NCBI GenBank assembly: GCA_016177405.1
Contig: JACOVG010000021.1
Coordinates: 14,434-78,433, forward strand
Length of the DNA stretch: 64,000 nt
Direction of reading: 5' to 3'
Source: Candidatus Omnitrophota bacterium
Lineage (GTDB): Bacteria > Omnitrophota > Gorgyraeia > 1-14-0-20-64-10
The translations under genes and the position numbers were made by a program. A model generated the notes under the pieces. The model was given only the letters and a program-made list of their open reading frames with translations. It was not told the DNA's origin and searched no databases. Each line of letters starts with the position of its first letter. Positions within the stretch are counted from its first letter, which is position 1. Shown one piece after another: positions 54,084 to 63,000 of this stretch.

Positions 54084-57000
54084 TTATACGCCCCTGCCGA
54101 TGACCGGCTCGGCGGCCAGCGCCTCAGTCAGCCGGTTCAACTCCTGGCGGATCGTCTTCTCCGGCACTCCTAAGGCACGGCCCAGCATCCAGAGAAAGTC
54201 CTGCAGGCCTCCGGTTACCGGCCTGGCGGTCACCGCCCGGCTAAGGAGTCTTGAGAGCTCACGGACGAGTGGATCGTCCTCGCCGACACCTACCACCTGA
54301 ACGGCAGCCCCAGCCGGAAGGGTGGCCGCCAGGGAGCTCATCTCCGGAACCACCGTCAGAGCGGGATTCCGCCGGGCCATGTCAAAGCTCTCCCAGCCGG
54401 CCCCCAACAGCCGCACCCGGGAGGCCAAGCCGGCCGGCAAAACAGCCAGGGCGTTGAGCGCTTCCTCGGAAATCCGATCCAGCAGGAGATCCGGCAGAAC
54501 CACGATCTCGTTCCTCTCAAGGATCTCAAGCTTGGCCTGCCACCGGATGAAGCCGGCGTGGGCCGCGATCACCGCGTCCGGCGTCCTGGACTCCTCACTC
54601 GGGGAGATCGGCCTGGGGTCAAACGGAACGCTCACCATCCAGTGGATCAGCTCCGCCGTCTGGGCGCTGGATCTGCCGGACGATTCGATCGTGGCGCCCG
54701 CCTTCTTCAGGGCCTCTTCGAGCTCCCGGCGTCCGGCCTCTTTGCCGAGAGCCGCCAGGGCCCGGCTTAGCTCCGACTTGCCGTTGGCCAGCCGCATCGC
54801 CTGAACCGGCACGCTGATCCTGTCGAACGAGATGTCTTGTACCCCCTGGCCGCCGGGCAGGATCCTTCGGGTGACGCGCGTGGCGACCAGGTGCTTGCCC
54901 TTCTCCTCCAGGCCGGCCAGCTCCAGAAGGTGGGAGCCGTCACGCTGCCTGGAGATCCCCATGGGCCGAAGCTGGGATAGATGGATGACGGCTGGGCCCC
55001 CTGTCCATCCTCGTTGGGCCATCAGCCGACGCATCGTCTCGGGGTTGACCCGTTCCTCAAGGCCGGCCCACTGCAAGGAGGCGCCCTCTCCCATCTCCAG
55101 GGGATTGAGGGAAGGCACGCCGGTCGCACGGAAGGTTCGCCCCTGGAACTTCCCCTTCAGGAAGACGTCCCGGGTGAAGGCGCTGGTGCGGCCCACGTAA
55201 AGCTCGGCCGTGATGCCATAACCATTCAGAATCCGGCGCAGATGCTCATTGATCTCGGCGCAGTCAAGGGCCCGCTTCCTTCGGCCGTCCTTCAGGTAAA
55301 GGACCAGCTTGCCCTGGCCGTCCTGCCGGTAGACGCCGCCATCCTGCTGGAGGGAATCTTCCCAGCCGTACCACTGCTCCGACAGCTCCTGGACCGAGCT
55401 CAAGAATTCGCGGAACGATTGCTCGGTCACCCCGCCGGAAAGGTAGACGCCGGCCAATTTCTTCATCTCCCGGTTAAGCCAGCTTGGGTCGCCGCGCTCC
55501 TCTAAAATGACCGCCGTCGGTTGGGGCCGCGGCGCCCCGACGCCAAACAGTTCAACGTAGGCCTCGGAGAAGGAAGCGCCTGCCTCCACCAGATCCCCCA
55601 GCCGATTCGCGATGGAATCGTAGCCGTCCCCGGCTGGGAGCCAGCCGTTGGGGCCGGCGGCCGCCTCCATCAGAACCCGCGCCATTTCCTGGGCAGATGG
55701 ATAGGGGTCGGGGCGCTGCTCTTTCAGCTCGGCCACTATTTCATCAAAGTACCTCAAGACAAGACCCCTCCTTCTCTCCTCGCCAACCTTCTTGAGCTCT
55801 GTCAGGGCATAGGCAAACCGTTGTCTCAACTCTCCCATGAAGGCCTTTCGGGAGGGCTTCCCCTTCCTGTCCCGTTTCTTGCCGCTTAAGTCTCCCAGGC
55901 CCCGGGGAGGAGGCGTGCTTTCCACCACGGGCGGACGCTCCATCACCCCCAGAAGGGCCCGGATAACCTGGTACGCCTTGGGTTTCACCACGTTGGCCAC
56001 ATTGCCCGGCTGCGGCGCGGCCAGGACCGACCGCCCAATGGCGGCCGGAGCCGGCAGGATGGCCGGAACCGCCGGCGCCGGGGCAAGCGGCGCCAACCCG
56101 GCGGCCGAAACCATCTTTCCGTCGTCGAACTGGAAGATCGCCGGCCCCTGCACCCAGAGGGGCCGCGCCGGCCGATCATGAACCCGCGCCATTCTCTGCC
56201 GCAGCTCCTCGCCGACAGCCATGAGGGTGACGGCATGCCCAAAGGCCGGGGTCTGAAGGTGGGCGACGGCCGGGCCGGTCATCCCCTCCGCCAGGAAGTA
56301 GAGGGTCTGCTGTCCATCCGAGCCGGTGTCGGCGTACCGTGAATAGACCGCCCCTGGTACGGTGCCGAAGGGACCGCCCTGCTCCACAAGATCCACCGAC
56401 TGGGAGAGTGGGACCGGCGCCTGCCAGAGATCAAGTCGGTAGTCGTGCGTCGCCTTAAGAAGCGGCGCGATGAGGGCATAGGGCACCCGGACCGCCGGTT
56501 TCTCCATTCCGGCCAGGCGGTAGAGGAGCGACTTGCCTCCCCGCTCGCCCTCGACCGCGTGCAGGAGAAGCAGGATGGTGAGGGTACGCGCCATCTCCTC
56601 CACCTGATCCGGCTGGCTCCGAACCATGGAGCCGATCTCAAGCCCTTGGCGCAGCTCCACATAATGAAGAGCCGCCTCCAGGCCGCAGTTGAGCGCCGCG
56701 AGGGTAAGCGGCTGGCGCATCGCCCCGGCCACCCCCTCCACCACGCCTGGCGGAAGCACCGGCATCCCAAGAATCTTCGGCAGTTTCTCCGGCCGCAGGA
56801 CCTCGGCCACCGCCCGCTCGATCACCCCTGCCCGCCCCGCCGCCGGCGGCTCCATCACCGCGGCCGCCCCCTCCTCCAGCCCGGCCGCCGCGCCGGCGAG
56901 CTTGGCTTGGTATTCGGTAAGCTTCGACATCGAGTCAAGTTTAAGGATGAATTCGTCGGCGTGCTGGTTCGGCCCATACTTATTCTCCTGACCAGCGTGA

Positions 57001-60000
57001 TGGACGACCGCGCCCGCTGGAATGGAGTCGCCGTAGAGCTTCTTCATCCAGTCATTCTGCATGAGAGGACCGGGTTTTCCGACCTCGCCCTGCGGCTCGC
57101 CCTTCACCTGCTCGTCGTATCCGATCTTCCGGGCGTGAGCCGCCACCTGGGCAGCGCCCAGCTTCTGGACCTGGTCCAGCCAGGCCAGCCGCACCGTCTG
57201 GCCCGCCCCCTTGATGCCCCGCTTCTGCGCCTCCGAACCCCAGAAGGAGAGATAATAAGTTCCCTTCAGCTCATCCGCGGTGAAGCTCTTGACGAATTCA
57301 TCCGGAGCGGCCGGGTGGCCGATCGTGCTGGCCAGGATCTGGCCGGTCGCCTTATCCACCGCGATCAGATGGACGCTGTCCGCAGCTTCATGAATTCTCT
57401 TCCAGCCCTCCACGGTGTTGTAAAGCGCGAACCGGCTGATTCCGGCATCCAGGGCCTGCTCCGTTTCAGGGGCATCGGCCTCCAGCATCTTTTGGCCCTT
57501 GAGAAGGGCAAGGGCTTTCTTCAAGTCGCCGCCGGCCGCTTGAAGGACCTGCTCCTTGTAGGCAGGCACCTGGCGCCGGGCAAACTCCCAGGCCACATTC
57601 TGCAAGCCGCCCGCGGCCAGAAGAACCTCCCAATCGGCCTTCTTCTGGCCGCCGGCGGCCAGGTGGAACTCAACCGTGACCGGATTGCCGTCCTTGTCCT
57701 TGGTATCCAGCGTATCCACAACCTTCCCAAACCGCTCCGCCGCGGGGGCGTAGCGGTAATCCTGGGCACTCGCCGGCTCAAACTCGCTCCAGAGCGCCTT
57801 GCCGGCGAGATCCTGCATCAGGGCCTCCGCCGCCTCCGGGGTCTTGGCCTGCTGGAGGCCGCCCAAAAGGTCTTGGCCGGAGTCTCTGGCCGCTTGATCA
57901 ACCGCCCGCAGGTTGTGGTGCACGCGCACCCAATAGGCCTCGTCGGTATTCCCCGCCATCAAATTCTCCAAATCCTCGCGGATGGCCCGCAGAGCCGAGT
58001 CGCCCTCCGCCATTCTTGCCAGACCGGCTTCGGCCTCGAACAGCCCCTGGGCGGTTTCGAAGCGGCCGGGGCGCGCGCCCAGGATGTTCTTGGCAACAAC
58101 TCCTCGCGCCACCCTTCCAATCCAGCTTGTCCAAAGCGACCGGGTATCCTTGGCCGCTTCTTGTCCCAAGGCCCGCGCGGCCTGGGCGAAGCGGTCCCGG
58201 TGCCGGGTCTCCTCGGCATCCCGCGTGGACTGGGCATGGGTCCGGGCCCACGGGCGTTCCCATCCCCTAAGTTTCTCGAGGTGCGGGATCAGCGCCCCCA
58301 AGAGCTTCTCCAGCGGCTTCACGTATTGGTCATAGCGCTTGGGATCCGCGGCCTTGAGGCGATCCAGATACCCTGCCTCGAATCCGGGCTGGGCAATCCG
58401 TTCCGCGCGGCTGCGGGCGGTGGCATCGGACAAAACGGCGTAGGGACCGCTGTTGAAGGAACCGCCTTCCGCCAGGCGAAGTCCGATGGTGATATTGCCC
58501 GGATGGGCTTGGGCATCCCGCGGCGGCGCCACGATGCCGCCTGTGACGGAGCCGGAAACCTCGCTCACAAAGACCGCCAGGCCCTGCGGCTGAAGGAACT
58601 TGCCTGTGAGGGTCTCCAGGAGCGGCTGGAGATCGGTTACCCGGAAATTCCCATCCGGCAGTTTCAGCGCGTCGGCCGCTTCTTTGGGCAGGCCGGCCAG
58701 GCGGACCGCCTCCATGAGCGATTTCTGCAGTTTGGCCTTCCCGTTTTCTGAAAGGACGGCATCCGCTTTACCCTCGACGGATCCGAGCGCTTCCTTCACC
58801 GCCTCCTCAACGGCCGGCACCACCACAAAGGCCTGCGGGATCTTGCCCTGAACCATCTGATCCAGAACCTTGTTGAGAGCCAGCAGGGATTCCTGATCCA
58901 CGCCGGGATCCTGGGTCCACTGGGCCAGCATACCCTTCATCGTTCGAATGGCCGCCTTGACCGCCAGGGTTTCGGGTGTCTCCTGGACCGTCTGGGTGGC
59001 CGCCTCTTCAGCCCCCGCCTTCGCCAGATGAGCTGTTGGAGGCCGCTGCAGCCAGACCATCTCTCCCTTCGGCGTCTGGGCCAGGAGATTCAGCGCCTCT
59101 GAACCGAGGGAGGCGGCGCCCGGCTTGGCGCCCTCCTTGGCCAACAGGTGAATCGCCCTGGCCACCGGCAGGATGGCCTGATCCACCTTGAGGTCGGCGG
59201 GCTTGTTTTCATCGTCGTCGCCTGAGCCGCCGCTCGCGGCATCCTTCTTGGGCGGCGCCGGCATCATCCGCCTTAAGACATCGCCTATCGTCCGAGCACG
59301 CTGGAGGACCGCCGTTTCTTGACCATCCCGAATCTCCGCTCCGCGGGGAGCCGCTTGCCCCTGCACCTGCAAAACGCTTGAATCTTTAGCGAGCGTCAGC
59401 GTTAATCCCAGCGCTTCGTTCTCCAGGTGAAGAGTCTCGTTGCTGGAGGCCCTTACGGCGGCTCCCGCCACGAAGGCATCCAACGGCAAGCCGGTCTGCT
59501 GTTCCACCTTCGCCCGGGCATCCGGCGACAGCGCGAGCAACCGCCGGGCGTCATTACCCTCGATCTTCCGGGCGGACATCGCCTGCTTCAACCGGTCATT
59601 GGTCTGCACCCCTTGCTCTCCGGCGGATGGCCGGTAGCTTATCCCCTTCCAAGAATCCTTCCTGGCTTGGGAGACCGCTAGGGCAAACCGGTCAATCTCC
59701 TGCCGGTCGGCAGGGGTCAGGTAATGATACTCGTCGTTGGACTCGATCGCCTGCGCCACCAGCGCCACAACCGTCTCCTGATCGAGCGCGCCCAAGAAGG
59801 CCTCAACCGGCATGACCTTCGCCACGAAGAAGAAAGCCCCAAAGGCGGCGTGAAACTCCGCTTTGTCAAACAGCCGGTGGATCGTCCAGTTGGCCTGCTG
59901 CTCATTCCTGGCGTGCCGCACCAGGACAAGCCGCTCGGAAAGCTTGGCCAGATGCTGGACGTTATCGGGATCGATCCGCCCGCCCAGCTCCCCTTCCAGC

Positions 60001-63000
60001 TTCTCGATCTCCGCCCAGATCTTATCCGGCTTCATCCCCTCCGCGTGCTGATCGAGTTTATGGACATGGAGAAGCACATTCCGTTCGAGTTCGGAGTTCC
60101 GGTCGGTCATCCGATCCCGGGAGATGGCAATGGAGCGGGCCGCCTGCAAGGCCTGCAGGCCGTGCGTCAACTCGTGCGGGACCAGGAAGGTGGCGTAGAG
60201 GGCCGCCAGACTCTTTTGCTGAAGCTGTCCTTTGGCATTCACCCACTGGACCGGGAGGTTGGCCAGACCCGACTTCTGAAGGGCATGGAGGATCTTGGAA
60301 TCCACGGTGATCACCAAGGTCCCGTCCGGATCCTGATGAATGGCCGCGGCGCCCACCTTCGCCTCGAGATCACCCACCGCTACCCGGATGAGCGGCTTCC
60401 GGGAAGTCCCCTGGGGAGCAAGAAGCTCCTCTGGATCAACCCCCTCCAGCCCGAAGGTTGCCAAGAGTTCCGGCCGGGTCCGAAGCAGGGCTTCAACGAC
60501 CGCCTGGGCGAGATTTCGGACCTCCTGGGTCGCCTCCTCGCCTTCTGGAATGGCCTGCTCTGCTTGAGAAAGTTGCTCAATCCCAAAGAGACTCTCCGCC
60601 ATGGTCGGCGCTCGGCCTGTGGTTTCCGCTGTGGTAACACGCTCATCCATTTTGTCAACCATGGTTCTAAGCAAGTCCGCGTAAGCCCGATTGCCGGAGC
60701 CAAGCTCATTGAGTTTCGCCGCGCGCTGATCCGCGCCCAAACGCCAGACGGCACCCGCGTCCCCGATGAGCCGCTGAAGCGGATTCTCCCCGGGCTGGAG
60801 GTTCAAACTGCTCAAGTCAACCCCCGTGGCTTGCGCGATAACCTTCTCCACGACCGGGGCCGCTATCCTCTCCGCGGCTTGGGCCTGGGGCGAGTTCGGC
60901 TCGGCCAGCGGCGCGCTTCCGGCAAGCTCGGCATCTCCAATAACCTGCTGCGCTTCGAGTAACTGTCTGACCTCTTTATCCATCCCCCAAATCTGGTTCT
61001 TCATCGCCGCCTGTCGGGCTTCCCGGACAGCCTCGCGCCGCTCGCCCCGGCTGCCGGCGGGATCGTGCGCCGCCTGACCCCTGGCCAGCGCCAGGGAAAG
61101 CTCACGCCCCTCTGGATCGGCAAGAAGCCCGGGATCCGCGGGGAGAAGCTGAAGGAAGAGCCCCTGCTGAATCGGGGTGAGGTTTACCTGTTCAAGCAAG
61201 CGGGCGCGAATGTCCTTGGCGTTGAACAGGACAGCGCCCGGGACAATCGCCGCCTCGAAGTCGTGGCTAAGGGCCGCGTCTGCCTTGCCACCTTTGGCTG
61301 CCTCCCCAGCCAGCATCTGATGGACCAACGACTTGCTCCACCCGGCCGGATCCTCAACGGTGGGGGAAACCTGCTTCACCAGCAGGGTCAAGAGCTGGAC
61401 AAGCTGGTCGGCATTGGCCTGGGGCGCCAACCGCTTGGCCTGCGCCACCAACTCTGAAGCCACTACTTTCAGCAGATGCGCCTTTCCGGCAATCGCCTTC
61501 TTAAGCTCTTCTTGTTGAGATTCAGTCAGCCCCTCTCCGGTCACACCCAGATTCCGCAGGCGGCTTTGGACCCATTCCACCAACGGTTGAGGAAGGCCTT
61601 TGTGCCAGGCGCTTGGATACGCGACGATGGACTGAACGATCTGGCCAGCCGCCTCCTGCGCGGTTTCTTTGTTCCTCATGGCCTCCGCGGCAGTCAGAAG
61701 CGCCTGGCCAGCACCCGGAGCCATGAGGCGCGGGAGTCTTTCCTTAAATTCACCCATCCATTTTTCGACCGCCTGGGGATCCTCCGGCTCTTTCTTGTCC
61801 TGGAAGGCGCGGGCTTTTTCCTCCGCCTTTTTCAGAACCTCCTTCACATTGCCATTCTGCTGGCGGTCCACCTCGTGCTGGAGGGTCTGGATGGCCGAGG
61901 CCAGCCGCTGGTTGGCCTTCAGCGGTGGCTCTTTTTTCTGTTTTTCTTCATCCACCTGGACAATCTGTTCCAGCGTACCCAAGGGTTTATCCAGGTAGTC
62001 GGCCAGCTCTTTTACGCCGGCGAGCTGGCCTGTCCCCTGGGCAGCCCAGATCAGATCCTTCCAAGCAGTCAGAAGATCGACGCCAGGCACGTTCGCCCAC
62101 CGGGCAAGCCTCGGTTCCACCAGGGCCAACAGCACTTCCGGATTCACCCCGTTGGCCCGGGCAAGCTCCTTTACCTTCTCGGGCGTCCAGATCTTCAGTT
62201 TTTGCTCGAGCTGTTCCTTCAGATGGGCTTCCTCGGTCTTCACCTGCCCGCTCTCAATCTCAAGGACGGCGCGATCCTGCGGGTTGGTCGTCTCCTTGGC
62301 CCGCTCGCCAAGCTCCTTGGCCGACGTCTCGACCCGTTCCAGATCCACGCCGATCTCGCCCAGCTCAAGGAAGTCACGCAGATCACCGCTTATCGCCGCG
62401 GAATTCTTCTCAACACCCTGGGCCGCCAATCCCTGAATGCCGGCCGGCTCGGTGAGAGCCCTGCCAATGGCCTCGGCCCCAAAGAGCGGGGCCTGCCCCT
62501 GATGAACCCCCTTGAAGAAATCAACCACCTGGGCCGCCTGCCGGTATCTCTCCGGATCGGCAAAGGAGCTGCTAAGCGGATTCAGGAAGTTCTTCAGCGC
62601 GAAGAGGAAGAGATCGCCTTCGGCGGCGGTATATCCCGCGTCGCTCGCCAGGGTCGTTATCCAGCCCTTGAGGGCGGAATCCTCTTCGTCCTGGTATTGA
62701 TGGTGAAGGGCCAGCACCATCCTGCCGGTGAGGGTCAACTGGCCGGCGGCTCCCACCATGTTGTTCGCCGTAAGGTAAGGCGCCAGCGCGGCGCTCTTCG
62801 GATCGGCCTTGGCCTGATCGATCGTGCGCGCGGTCCCGCTCAACCTGGCCTCCAGCGGTTTGGAAAGAGGCCCGGCGCGGCGGGAGGTGAGCCAATTGGC
62901 GGTGCGCCTGGCCCAGACCACCGCCTCGGCAACGGTGCCTATCTCCAGCGCCCCTCTCGTTTCCGTGCCGGCCTCAACGCTTCGAGCCAGGGAGTCGTAT

